DNA of 64,000 nt, taken from assembly GCA_001938485.1 (NCBI GenBank), contig MQRK01230279.1:144700-208699 (forward strand), in the 5' to 3' direction. The position numbers and the translations under genes were made by a program. Positions 13,328 through 25,624 of the stretch are shown in pieces (the first letter of the stretch is position 1; each line of letters opens with the position of its first letter). The notes below the pieces were generated by a model, which worked only from the letters and a program-made list of their open reading frames with translations, did no database searches and had not been told where the DNA came from. Source of the DNA: Girardia tigrina. Taxonomy: Eukaryota.

Positions 13328-15118
13328 GTTTGTGTGATATTGAGAACTATTCTTAATTTGATTCTTGAGCACAAACTAAATACTTCCATAACTTGCTAAA
13401 GATAATCTAAAATCAATATTGACATCTTCTCTAAATCAATTTTTTTCTCACGATTCTGTTGCTTATTTAATTTTAAAACCAATTTATGACAGAAAACAAG
13501 TGTTGTTTCATTTATTTAATCCTGATCATTTGTTGCACCTGTGGATGAATCAATAACTCACGGATCAGAAAAATTCAGAAAAAGAATTGTCAATAATAAA
13601 AACCAAAAAACCCTCCGCTGAGATGCAAAATTAAGGATCAAAGAGCACAGATCATTAGACAATTTGAGAAATATTGCTTAAATTAATTTAAATTTTAAAA
13701 CAAACAGAAGAAATAATTTTCCGTTTTCTTGCAATGAATTTTTAAATTATTAGGTTAGAGTGATGTTTAATCTCTTAACAATAAGATAAATTGATTTAAA
13801 AATGAAAACTCACATTGAACTTCTCTGCTAATGTTTATTTTGATAAGAACGAAATTTCACATAAGTACACAATTAGTGCTACAAACGTATAATCTCAATG
13901 GAATCACTGAATATGTAAAAATGTCATTATAGTAAGCCTCCCATTTCTTTCAATGGTATTGAGCCTAAGGCTCTTTAGAGGGTTCACCCAAACTAAAGTC
14001 CTTAAGGGTCCCCGATACACCTCCTACTGGGTCAGTGGCCTTCCGCCTCTGAGCAGTCGGTTTGCCAGTTATAAACGACCAGCCATGGAACTTGGTATCA
14101 TGGCCATACATACCTTTGGCTGTTACGGTAGATGCGTAACAGCCACGAAATGGGCACTTGAATCCTTTCCTATGCTGCCAGTGAAACCTGGGTACGCTGT
14201 CGAATGCCTTTTCAAGGTCGATAAAGATAACAAAAACATTTATATTCCGGTATCTGGCCTCTTCTTGTATCTTTCGTGTGATACCTATTGCTTGCGCTGT
14301 GCTTCCTTTTGGTCTGAAAACCAAAATTGCCAGTCGTCCAGTTTCCTTTCAAGATGTGGCATTAATCTATTTGCAATGATTCGGCTATGATCTTTCCTCC
14401 TACATCAAATAGGAATATTCTTCTATAATTATTTAGTTCCGTCTTGGACCCCTTCCTTTGTATAGGATCACGACCTTCGCCGTTTTCCAAGCCTCCGGGA
14501 ATTCTGCTCTTCCCTCCAATATGTCCACGAAACATTGAAGGATCTTTTCAGTTAACTGGAGACCGCCCCACTTATATAGCTCTGATACCGTTGTTTCCAG
14601 CAGCTGTACCGTTCTTTAGTTGCCCAATAGCGGTACTTACTTCTTCTATGTCCGGTGAGTAATCGATGTCTAGTGTTTGGCTCTGTTCGATATCTGCGAT
14701 ATAATCTCTTTCGCTCTTCTTGAATAGATGTGAGAAGTGCTCTGCATCACTTCGTCCTTCACACTGCTCTGCACAGTACATAGAGAGGATTCCTTTGTTT
14801 CACTATTGCAGATGACTCTGAGTTCCGTGTATAACTCTGAAGTCTTGCCCGTACATTCTCTATGAGAATACCTTCTATCTCATGTCCGATTGTTTCAATC
14901 CTCTCTCTTTTCCACTTCCTCAGATGCCGCAAGGTGTTCAATCTTGAAGCCTTCCATATTGAATATGTCCTTTCACATCTATTCTGAATGTATTCCTTCC
15001 TCTGTTTCCATTTCTCCTGCAGTTGTGGTTTCAGTTCTTCTAGGTGCCCGTGTATCCACCTTTGATTGAGCGGGATTTTCTTCTTTCGGTATCTTTTTGT
15101 GGTCTTTAAGATGACCTC

Positions 15119-15995
15119 TGTAGCGTATTATTTGCCTTCCTTACACTAGTCGAAAATATCAATTTTCTAAACGTCTAAATTATCATTTCATCATAATTAT
15201 TTATTATTTCACCATTAGTATTTTTATTTTATTTCTAATCCATTTCTTAAGAAATAATTTTTTTATTATTTTCAATATTTTCATTATTTGTCATTTTTAT
15301 TTTTATTTTATTTTATTTATCTAATTATTTATAACAATTATTATTTATAACAACCTAATTATTTATGACAATTATTCCATGGATAATTAAAAGTATCCTT
15401 GGAATAATATTAAAATTCAAATCAAAATTAAAAAATCAATTAATGAAATAATATTCATTATTATATTTTGACGACGGCCTTTAAGCGCTCGACAACCGAC
15501 GAAAATATATAAAACTTCTGGTTATCCGACAAGGAAAACAAATAACCGATACAACAAAAAATAAACCGTTATTTCTCATCAAACCAAAACATTGAAACCA
15601 AATAGACGAAGATCTTATCCAAAACAAGATTAAATATTATCTGGATTTAGTAGAAACTACTATCTAAAATCAGACGAAGATCTTATCCGAAACAAGATTA
15701 AATATCATCTGAATTTAGTCGAAACTACTATCTAAAATCAGACGAAATTTTTATCCGTGACTAGACGGAATTAAAGTAACCTTATTTATTATTATTGATA
15801 TCTATCTACTGACCTATTTCCCACTACTGTGATCCCAGATACTTCTTATTGTCTCCTTGATCTTTCCGTTGAAGTTTGTTATCTTCTAATATAATATTAT
15901 AATAAATCTAATTGTTATCATTATAAATTTAAACCAAGAGATTGTTATTAGGTTCGATTGAAGAGCACTTTGTTTTCCAATCGAGTTTCATAACA
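15119..15995. mobile_element. Solo LTR (877 bp) inserted in the RTE ORF
   Basis: ACCTC|TGTAGC ... ATAACA|ACCTC: TG..CA ends and 5-bp TSD. Removing it restores the RTE frame WDDLEEVILKTT. Confidence 0.88.
15604..15757. repeat. 68-bp tandem repeat (about 2.3 units) inside the solo LTR
   Basis: AGACGAAGATCTTATCC... recurs at 15604 and 15672, with a partial unit at 15740. Confidence 0.9.
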
Positions 15996-16990
15996 ACCTC
16001 TTCCAAGTCGTCCCAAATCTCGACATTCGGACAAGCCTGCCCTACGTCACTACTGATGACCACTTTGTTGTTCTGCAAGGAGAACCTGTCAATTTTCCCT
16101 TTACATTTCTTCTTTCTATCGTTTGCCAACTTGAGTATCTTATGTTGTTGGCGATCCATATCGTTAACACGACTAAATCGTGGTCTGAGCCACAGTCAAA
16201 GTTTGGATAACATTTGACGTTACTTAATCTGTTGCATCTGCTCCTTTGCGACAGGAATAAATCCAATAATAACCTTTTCTTCGTTTCTGGGTGTCTCTAG
16301 CTAGTTCGTTGCGCCAACTTGTGTTTGTAGAAGGTGTTCTCTACTCGTAAGTTGCACGCGTCGGTCAGATCTATAAATAAACCTCCGTTTTCTGATGTTA
16401 CTGTTGAACTAGTGTAACACTCAACTGTTTTACCATTTTCCCCCGTACGATTAAGTCGACAGTTGAAGTCGCCTCCAACTATCAATTCGAATTTTCTCTT
16501 CTCAGCTTCAGTCGTCGCCCTTTCGACATGTTCCTGCAATGATGCAAAGAACTCCTCCTTTTCCTCACTTGAATATCCGCTGTCAGTCGGAACGTATACC
16601 TCTACCAATGTGATCGACCTTTGGGGTATATTCATAGAATATTTTGATGTTACCATCATGTCTACGCCTCTTTCTCTTGTGCCACTCGTACTGCCACTAT
16701 GATGGATCCTCCACTCCCGAAAGAGCTAATATCGGCTCCAATCAAGTGTGTCTCTGTGAGTATGCACATATCGATTTTATGTTTTTCAAAGACATTGGTG
16801 ATGTTAAGTATCTTTTCGTCGGTCAAGCCTCTAACATTCCATATTCCAATCCTCAGTCCACTGCAAGTGGAATTCTTAACGAGGGATCCCCCTTTCGGGA
16901 TCTTAATGACTTCGGGTCCTGCCAGACCCCTAGTTTGAGTTTTGAAAGCTGTGTACTAGCGAAAGACAGAGTTGCTAGCCCCGTCGATCC

Positions 16991-17105
16991 GTCCACTCAT
17001 TTAGTCTCGATCAAGGGGACCCCCTCTTCTATTTCTAGAAAGGGGAAGAGACCCTCTTTCTAGTTCCAAGGATACACCACGGGGAGGCGAGCGACTTTAT
17101 ATCCA
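16991..17105 (-). ncRNA. HDV-like self-cleaving ribozyme at the 5' end of the RTE element
   Basis: Minus strand: P1 GGATAT/GTATCC; P2 GTCGCTC/GAGTGGAC; P3 GCC/GGT; L3 TCCCCGT; P1.1 CC/GG; P4 region with CTAGAAAG/CTTTCTAG hairpin; J4/2 CTAAAT. It starts about 10 nt inside the element's TSD. Confidence 0.75.
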
Positions 17106-17124
17106 GACTTTATATCATTATAGT

Positions 17125-18278
17125 GCACCTCAACTCCTGTCGAGTATTAAGCCTGAGGCTTTATAGGAGGCCTGGGACGCTGATGGTTCTCAACAAGCAC
17201 TAACCCAATGTTGGGGTCGAGCATGCTTTAGTTCCGNNNNNNNNNNNNNNNNNNNNNNNNNNNNNNNNNNNNNNNNNNNNNNNNNNNNNNNNNNNNNNNN
17301 NNNNNNNNNNNNNNNNNNNNNNNNNNNNNNNNNNNNNNNNNNNNNNNNNNNNNNNNNNNNNNNNNNNNNNNNNNNNNNNNNNNNNNNNNNNNNNNNNNNN
17401 NNNNNNNNNNNNNNNNNNNNNNNNNNNNNNNNNNNNNNNNNNNNNNNNNNNNNNNNNNNNNNNNNNNNNNNNNNNNNNNNNNNNNNNNNNNNNNNNNNNN
17501 NNNNNNNNNNNNNNNNNNNNNNNNNNNNNNNNNNNNNNNNNNNNNNNNNNNNNNNNNNNNNNNNNNNNNNNNNNNNNNNNNNNNNNNNNNNNNNNNNNNN
17601 NNNNNNNNNNNNNNNNNNNNNNNNNNNNNNNNNNNNNNNNNNNNNNNNNNNNNNNNNNNNNNNNNNNNNNNNNNNNNNNNNNNNNNNNNNNNNNNNNNNN
17701 NNNNNNNNNNNNNNNNNNNNNNNNNNNNNNNNNNNNNNNNNNNNNNNNNNNNNNNNNNNNNNNNNNNNNNNNNNNNNNNNNNNNNNNNNNNNNNNNNNNN
17801 NNNNNNNNNNNNNNNNNNNNNNNNNNNNNNNNNNNNNNNNNNNNNNNNNNNNNNNNNNNNNNNNNNNNNNNNNNNNNNNNNNNNNNNNNNNNNNNNNNNN
17901 NNNNNNNNNNNNNNNNNNNNNNNNNNNNNNNNNNNNNNNNNNNNNNNNNNNNNNNNNNNNNNNNNNNNNNNNNNNNNNNNNNNNNNNNNNNNNNNNNNNN
18001 NNNNNNNNNNNNNNNNNNNNNNNNNNNNNNNNNNNNNNNNNNNNNNNNNNNNNNNNNNNNNNNNNNNNNNNNNNNNNNNNNNNNNNNNNNNNNNNNNNNN
18101 NNNNNNNNNNNNNNNNNNNNNNNNNNNNNNNNNNNNNNNNNNNNNNNNNNNNNNNNNNNCATCTTCTGGGAGCTGAAGCGGGATGCTTACTGTGGATTCC
18201 CTGTGGTCCCGCTTGAGATGTCTATTTAGCTCCTTTTGTTCGGCAAACTCCTTAAAGCAATCTTTTATCGTACATTGA
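17125..18278 (-). mobile_element. Second, 5'-truncated RTE copy in tandem (zinc-finger region and 3' end; middle is an N-gap)
   Basis: 18160-18275 encodes CTIKDCFKEFAEQKELNRHLKRDH (homologous to CHLENCNKGFAEQKGLNRHIREDH at ~51140). 3' stem-loop AAGCC-TCA-GGCTT at 17162-17148. Third TCATTATAGT at 18279-18288. Continuity across the gap is inferred. Confidence 0.75.
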
Positions 18279-20399
18279 TCATTATAGTACCAGCTTTTAC
18301 ACTTCTTTGGAAAGTTTTTAGAAATTAGAAATATGATTGCAGCGTGCGGTGTTTCAGACTACAGAGACAGTCTCTTGAAGACAGCCCCCATCGATAATTA
18401 CGATTATGGTTGATCGGTAAACAAGACCTCTCGTTCTTATTAATGTTATGCACAAAAAAATCCATTTCCGATAATTTATGTGAATTTCTCAAAATGTGCT
18501 TAAAATCATCGAAAGCTTAATGAATTGAAGAGTTGATCCCGATTCTATTTAAATTTTTCTTTTAATTTCGATTTCCATGTTTTAAATAAAAAAAAACAAA
18601 GCCGAGACGAACTGGAACAAGCTTTATTATCAAAAAATTCAAAAGAAGGAAAAAACGTTCTTCTTTTTTTTTTATTGAAACAAATTATTTTTTAGTGTAA
18701 ATAATTTTTAATTTATTTTAATATATTAAATTGGCGTGTATAAATACTTATTTAAAAATTATTAAATGTTTTTATTATTTTTAATTTTATAAAAGGGAAC
18801 CCTACAAGGATAAAAGGCTTTATTACTCGTGTTTAGTTTCAAATTTTGTTAAAAACTGTTGTAAGTATTGAAAACAGAACTCATTGTTCAATCAGAAAAT
18901 GAACAAAGAAGAGAAAAACAATATACTTTTGAAAGATAATTCAGAAGGATGTTTTTCTTCACTGATCTAGAAAAAGATTTAAAAACAATACATGGTTATA
19001 ATACGACCAAATATTGCTTAAAAGTGTCTTATTTTGAATTGTTTAAAAATGCTAAGTCTAAAAAGGATATTAAGATATTAAAACTCAAAATATGTTTAGT
19101 AATAGATATTTTACACATTTAGTATTCCTTTAGTACACCTTTAACATTCCCTTCTGATAAAGTTTATATATATATATATAAATATAATGGATGCGAAAAT
19201 ACATGTACTGGTGACACTACCAGTAATCTCTGGAAAGGAATTCAAGATCATGGTTGAAAGAGGCTTAAATATATTACTGAATATAAGAAAAATGTATATT
19301 GATATTAGATTATACGTAAGAATTTTAAAGATTACAGGAAGATAATGCTGTGGAGAGCATTGTTAATTACTATAATTTATCCTAAAATAAATGTTCAAAC
19401 TACAGTCTAAACCAGCTTACTGGGAATTGTTTTGTTATTATCGTTCATGAAACCGATAAGACAATCGTTAATTTGTATATATAGTCAAAAATCGTTTATC
19501 AACCAAAAATACAGTAAAATTTTACTCCAAATATAAACAGATTTTACAACAATAAAATTAAAATTGAGATTTTTAAAATTTTTATGATTCTTATTCCGAT
19601 TTGTATTTTTGAACATTTTATTATGGTTTTATGTAAGTCTTTATGATGACCTCAATATTAATATTCAGAAACAACATATCTGAAGAAAAAATAGTGTAAT
19701 ACTTTTGAATTCTCTTCTTTCGAAGTCGATGGACAATAAGATAATGATAAAAGTAAAAATTTAGTAAAATTAAAATAGTGTGAAAAAATATTTTTGTTGA
19801 GAGTAAGAATAAAAAATATAAAAAGAAATTATTTATTGTCAGGTAAAATAAAAATTGTTTACCTTTTTACGAAAATAAATATAAAGTATACATAAATATT
19901 CAAAGTAAAATTTAACCAATGTATAAATAATTTAAATAGAACAAGAAGAAATTTATATTGAAAGAATAAACAAATATTTAAAATAATAAATAGAGTTAAA
20001 AATAGATATAAAGAAAGTTATATAAATGAAGAGAAACAGAAGAAAAGACATAAAAAAATATTTTAAAAAGAAGGGGGTTCAAAAAATTTATATTTAAAGT
20101 TTGACTTTATTTATTGACCTTAAAAGTCGAAGGTTATTTTATTGATCAAGAATCTAATGAATTTGATCAACATAATTAATTAGATCTCCTGTATAGATTA
20201 ATTAATTTAGATCGAGATTTATAAAAGATTGATCGTAGAAAGTCACTCACACATTGAATTAAACCGAATCTTAATCTGGGTCATTAAATTTGACGGAAAT
20301 AAGTGTTCAATTGATTAAATATATTGTGGAGTTTTTAGTGTGTTTGTAAAATTAGACAGAGAAAACAATTATTTTCTTTAAAATATATTTTAATATTTA

Positions 20400-21730
20400 C
20401 AACTTGACTACAAGGTAAAAGTGAATAATATTTTATTTGCCCCCTGGCCGATTTTACACTTAAAGACCGAGAGCCTTAGCGAAAACTCGGGTTTGTGTAT
20501 ATGTTTTAGAATTTGAGTTCACATTTTACAGCGTGATATATAAAAATATGTTATTTTTATTATTTAGCTATTACTTTTTATATTCTTGTGTTGGGGATCA
20601 GATTAATTATGTGTTATTTATTTGTGTTTTAATTGATTTATTTATTTTGTTTATTTTGATATTTATTTTATCAGCGTAAATATGTGCCTTAATTGACTTA
20701 CTTTATGTGTTACTTGATATTTATTAGTATAAATAAAGGCATTTTTATTTGTGACGTCTAAATAATACGATGATATTATTTAAATATACTATTGACCATT
20801 TATAAGAAAAATTAAATATTTATATTTATTATAAAATTAAGTTAAATTATTATATCTATTATAAGGTTAAGATAATTAAAGACATCTATTATATTATAAG
20901 GTTAAGATGAGTTAAGTTTTGCCAACGCGTGAGCTGAGTTTGCCGACGCATTTTACGGAGTGAACCACATATTTTAAAATTGATATATATTTCTTGAGAA
21001 AGTTAAAATCTAATTTCAGCCGTCAATTGTTAAGCCATTTTCTAATTTTCAACCACATATTTTTGTTGCAAAGAAGATAAATAACTTGTTATTACTTCGA
21101 GAAGAAGAAGCTATTTAAATTGTTGCCAAGAGGAGAAATAAATTGTTATTACTCCGAGAAGAATAATAAGAATAATTTTTGTTACAAGAAGAGTTAAGGA
21201 AAATTTTGGTCCAGTCGCCAATTGTTGTTCGACGTTACGTTATTTCGGTGAGTCGAAATTTAAACTAAATTTATCAAATTTTATATTTAAAATCTCATAT
21301 TTAAAATCAATAATCTATAATTATACTTCCTTTAAATAATATTCCGTATTTATATTATAAAATCACTTCACAGTAGTCGGCAGTCGAAGAACTGTGACTA
21401 CCTCTAAATCTTCACAAACACACACGTAGGATATTTTTTTATACAACTTGTAAATATAATATCTGTAAGTGTTGTATATAACAAAAAAACCTTATAAAAT
21501 AAAATCCTTGTGTTGTCATTTGTTATTAATATTTTAAAGTTCTATAATAATTAAAATCAACATAAATCAACAAGTTTAATTATAAAGTCACTATCTAGAT
21601 ATTCTACAGATAAATCGACTAAGGATAAATCAATAAATCAAATATAGCCGGAAGGTTCAATTTAGTTTAAATTGTATCTTCCATTTTGTTAGATTCTACA
21701 GAGGTGAAGCGTAATTATCGACAGACCCCC
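20400..21730 (-). mobile_element. Possible LTR remnant with internal ~58-bp imperfect tandem repeats
   Basis: Minus strand purine tract AGGGGG followed by TGTCGATAATT at 21723. Tandem units TTGTTGC.AAGA.GA.AAATAA..TGTTATTACT.CGAGAAGAA at 21061-21200. Other boundary not found. Confidence 0.3.
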
Positions 21731-23666
21731 TAGGACCTAACACTTGACAATTCTCTTTTTCTTTGTTTCTCGTTGAACTCTTTCGTTTCAAATTCAATTG
21801 TTTTTCTAATCAACTACGCTTCCGTAAATACCAATTTTTCTCGCTAATTGGAATTCAATAGTCAGATGTCTTCGAGACGAAATTTGATTTCTTTTTTCTC
21901 AAATTTTTAACAATTGTTTTGACCTTTTTATATTAACTCACTTCTTAATTAATTAACATTATTTTTTAATTTAATTTATTATTTATTATTTTTCTTTAAA
22001 TATTTACCCTTTTCTTCTTCTTTTATTCATTTAAATCTCTTTAATATCTTATTTATTTATAAAAAATATATAATTTTAAAATTAAAAACACAAACACTTT
22101 CGATTTATGGTTTATTTATTTTTTCAAACTTAAACAATTATTAAAATATAATTAAATACATTATTATATATTTTAGAATATTCCCTCAACAATATCAAAT
22201 TTTTAAATCGAATTATATATAAATTGATTGTAAGGATACTTGTTGTCCAACATCCTACCTAACTTCTTTCAACTTCAAGCCTAAGATTTTTTTTAACAAT
22301 TTGTAACAGTTGTAAATAAATAAATATATTTTGACAAAAAAATTTTCTAGGTTTTTATTCTTTTTATTTAATCATCTCCATACCCAAAATTTTTTTCTCC
22401 ATTTTTACTTTTATAAAAATGAAACATTAATAGACTTTTTCAAGTGACATGGTATACCTCAAAGAAAATATTATGTATACATTATGATAATTATAATAAT
22501 TTTCAATTTTATTTTTATTAACAAAAAGATAACAAAAATAATGATCAGATTGAATAAATATCAAAAAACAAAATATCGTTTAAAAACAGTTAACTAATCT
22601 TCCACGCAAAATTAACAAAAAACATGGGAAAATTATAGTAAATGATATATCTAACAAATTTTATATTATATTATCATACTTTCCTTCTTTTAAAATACCG
22701 ATACATAATTATTAAGGCATCCCGGGTCTTATTTTGCAAATTATGCGAATAATTTCCCAATAAATTTTAATGATTGTGTAAACAAAATAGTAATTTTCCA
22801 TAAACACAATAATTTTTTCTCGTCATTTTTGTATCCTAAAATGAAAACTTATTCATATCAATAATAATAATCAACAAAAACGGGTCCAAAAACTTTTCAT
22901 TAGGTAATTTTTTTTAATTTTCATCAATGATACTTTTAAGTCGTCGGTTTTTAATATTTTTCAAACTTATTTTTAAAATTTTCTTTTCATTAAAAAAATT
23001 TAAAAATAAAAAAGTTTAATTAATAAAAAATAATATAAATGTAAATTTATTAAATTCTAAATTTAACGAAAAAACACTTTTTTTTTAACATAAACTAAAA
23101 TTCAAATAATATGAATTCGTTTGTTTATCTGCATCAATTTCGTAACGAACAAAGCTTATGATAATTAGGAGCAATTTTGTATATGAACGGTGAGAATTTA
23201 TTTCGATAATTATTCTTAAAAGGTTGAAAAAATTATTCAAATTTATTTCAATTTTTATGTTTGTCAGAAAAATTAGGAAAAAATCATTTTTTATTTAAAA
23301 ATTAATTAAAAATAAAATCACTAAAAATAATCCATTGAATTAAAATTGAATTTGTTTGTTTTTAATTAAATCATTTATTTATTTATTTATTTTTTATATT
23401 TAAAAATAATTTATATTTAAATTTAATGAAAAAAATATACATAAAAATAAATCTAAATTTGTTAAAAATACATTTTAATTAAATTACAAAACTTAATTTT
23501 AATATTTTTTAAATTAATGAAAAATATGATCGAAATGTATTTAAAAACTTCAAAAATTATTTTATTTTTATTGATTTTTCATTTAATTTTTAGTTTTCTT
23601 TAAATTAAAGAAATTGCATATTTATGAAAAATGTATTACATATTTTTAAAAAATTATTTTATTTAA

Positions 23667-23707
<41 letters not shown>

Positions 23708-24853
23708 TTAATGAAAACAATTAAAAATTAATCCAATTTTATTATTATTTTATAAATAAATTTCTAATAAATTAATCTCGTGTTTATTTTTCATCCGTAA
23801 ACTATTTAGGAGTAAGATGTAAAGTTCATTATTTATTTTATTATAATTTATTAAAATCTATTTTTCTGAAAAACTGATTTAATTATTCAAACTTTATTTT
23901 TAAATATTTTTTTTCGATAAAATACTAAAAATCCGTGCTTATTTCTTATGGACGATTTTAATATGAGTCTTCATTATCTGAAGCTACTTATTCTATATGT
24001 ATAGAGTAATTGTCAATATTATTTTCTTCTCTACTCCTTTTTTATATTCACGCGACCTGGTGTTTTATCATCCCCTTCTGCCGCCTTATCGTCATCAAAT
24101 GTGAACTGTCTTGAAGCTGTATGCGTGGAATGAGAACAGTATTTTAATTACTTGAGCAGACTGAGATTATCCATTAACAAACAGACAACTACCAGCCTTC
24201 GTTTTAGCTACTAATATTGGTATAAATTTTCACAATTATTTCCCTCTCCCTAAATCGCTTAAACAAAAGTTCGCTAATAAAATGATACTCAAACCAATAT
24301 TCATTCATTTACGTTTATTCTCGTTAAATAAAAAAATGCTCATATATTTTTTTCTTTAATCAAGAATTATAAATATTGTTATTTAAAGAAATTTGTTTCA
24401 TTATATTGACTATTGATTTTTTATTCTAATTTTCTTAGTAATAATTTATTAATAAATAATAAATGTTGATAAATATATATTAATAATATTATATTGTTAA
24501 TAATATAAAAATATTAATATTAAAGAGTAATAATAAACACTTTTTTTCAATTTAAAAGGTGAATAAAAATAAGATTTAGTAAATTATAGATGAAAATTAA
24601 TTATGAAACCAATAAAAAATATTTCTTTTTATTTATACAATTAAAAATTATATTTCTAAACTATTGTCGGACTAAAAGTCAATGAATATTATTTAATTAT
24701 TAATGTATATTGATAAATATGGGCAAAAGTAATGGAAGTGATTTTGCATTAATTAATATCAATTATATATTAAAATACCATAAAAATATGGTATACATTT
24801 ATATACCAAAATGTATACTAAAATGTATACCATATTTCCGGACGGAGGGAGTA

Positions 24854-25481
24854 TTATAAAAGCCCAATATTTTATGTCTGTTTGTTTGTGCGTAACGCTT
24901 TTATGATCTACTTACAATTGCAAGTATGTATTAAATGTAAAATATTTAAATTATTTAATTTAATTTTAATAATGTATTGTTGAAAACCGAAAGTATTCGG
25001 CCTCTCAAAAAATAAAAAAAAACATGCATTGCAATACCTTACTTTGTTTGAGTAAATATCATCATTTCAATGTATTTATGGAGAAATAACAATAATTAAA
25101 GAATTACACTTAATTAATTAAACTATCAGATACAACTCTGCCATTTATGACATCAGTTACCAGTAATACTAGCATTTTGTATTACTATGAATAAGGCACA
25201 GGGAAAGCATGACAAAGTAGGAATAAACTTGGAGCAACCTGTTTTTGGTCATGGCCAGCTATATGTTGCATATTCCATATGTCTAAATTTCATATTTCTA
25301 ATCACAGAGAAAGTGTCTGAATACCAGAACAAGGCAAGGTAATGAATAATGACCGAGAATTCATGCGTAATGTCTGTTTATAATGAGATATTCAAAATGT
25401 AAAAATGAAATAAAAATATTTATGAAACTAAAAAATAAACGTGATTTTTAATTCAAGTGTAAATACGGAACGGGAAGCTAG
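24854..25481 (+). mobile_element. Helitron remnant (PIF1-type helicase C-terminus, CTAG end)
   Basis: 25153-25277 translates (one frameshift) QLPVILAFCITMNKAQG..DKVGINLEQPVFGHGQLYVAYS. 3' CGGGAAGCTAG. 5' TTATAAAAG...TGTCTGTTTGTTTG. Confidence 0.85.
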
Positions 25482-25624
25482 CCGCCAAAAACCTATTTCT
25501 ATATGTAATAATAATTTATTTTGAACATATATTTATGATGTAATAAATGACAATATTTTGTGTTAAATTCGACTAAAATTAAATATAATATTTTTTCTTG
25601 TTTTAATTTATTATTATGATTATA

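Larger units (their letters stand above)
13934..17114 (-). mobile_element. RTE-clade non-LTR retrotransposon with intact 5' end, APE endonuclease, RT start, large internal deletion and intact 3' end
   Basis: IGIWNVRGL, ILTETH, EVYVPT...EKEEFF, GGDFN, CGSDHDL; RT NYRRIFLFDVGGKI, QNRFSRPKGST, FIDLEKAFDSVPR fused directly to the C-terminal CPFRGC finger. TSD TCATTATAGT at 13924-13933 and 17115-17124. Confidence 0.92.

Noticed and set aside
15604-15757. CRISPR-like array
   Set aside because: Contiguous tandem repeat without unique spacers, inside a eukaryotic LTR.
17200-18162. 320-aa ORF in the track
   Set aside because: Almost entirely N bases.
19611-19680. HAT1 exon 2 (NILLWFY resembles TFLLWFI)
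   Set aside because: No AG acceptor in phase and no further similarity (no AASFID).
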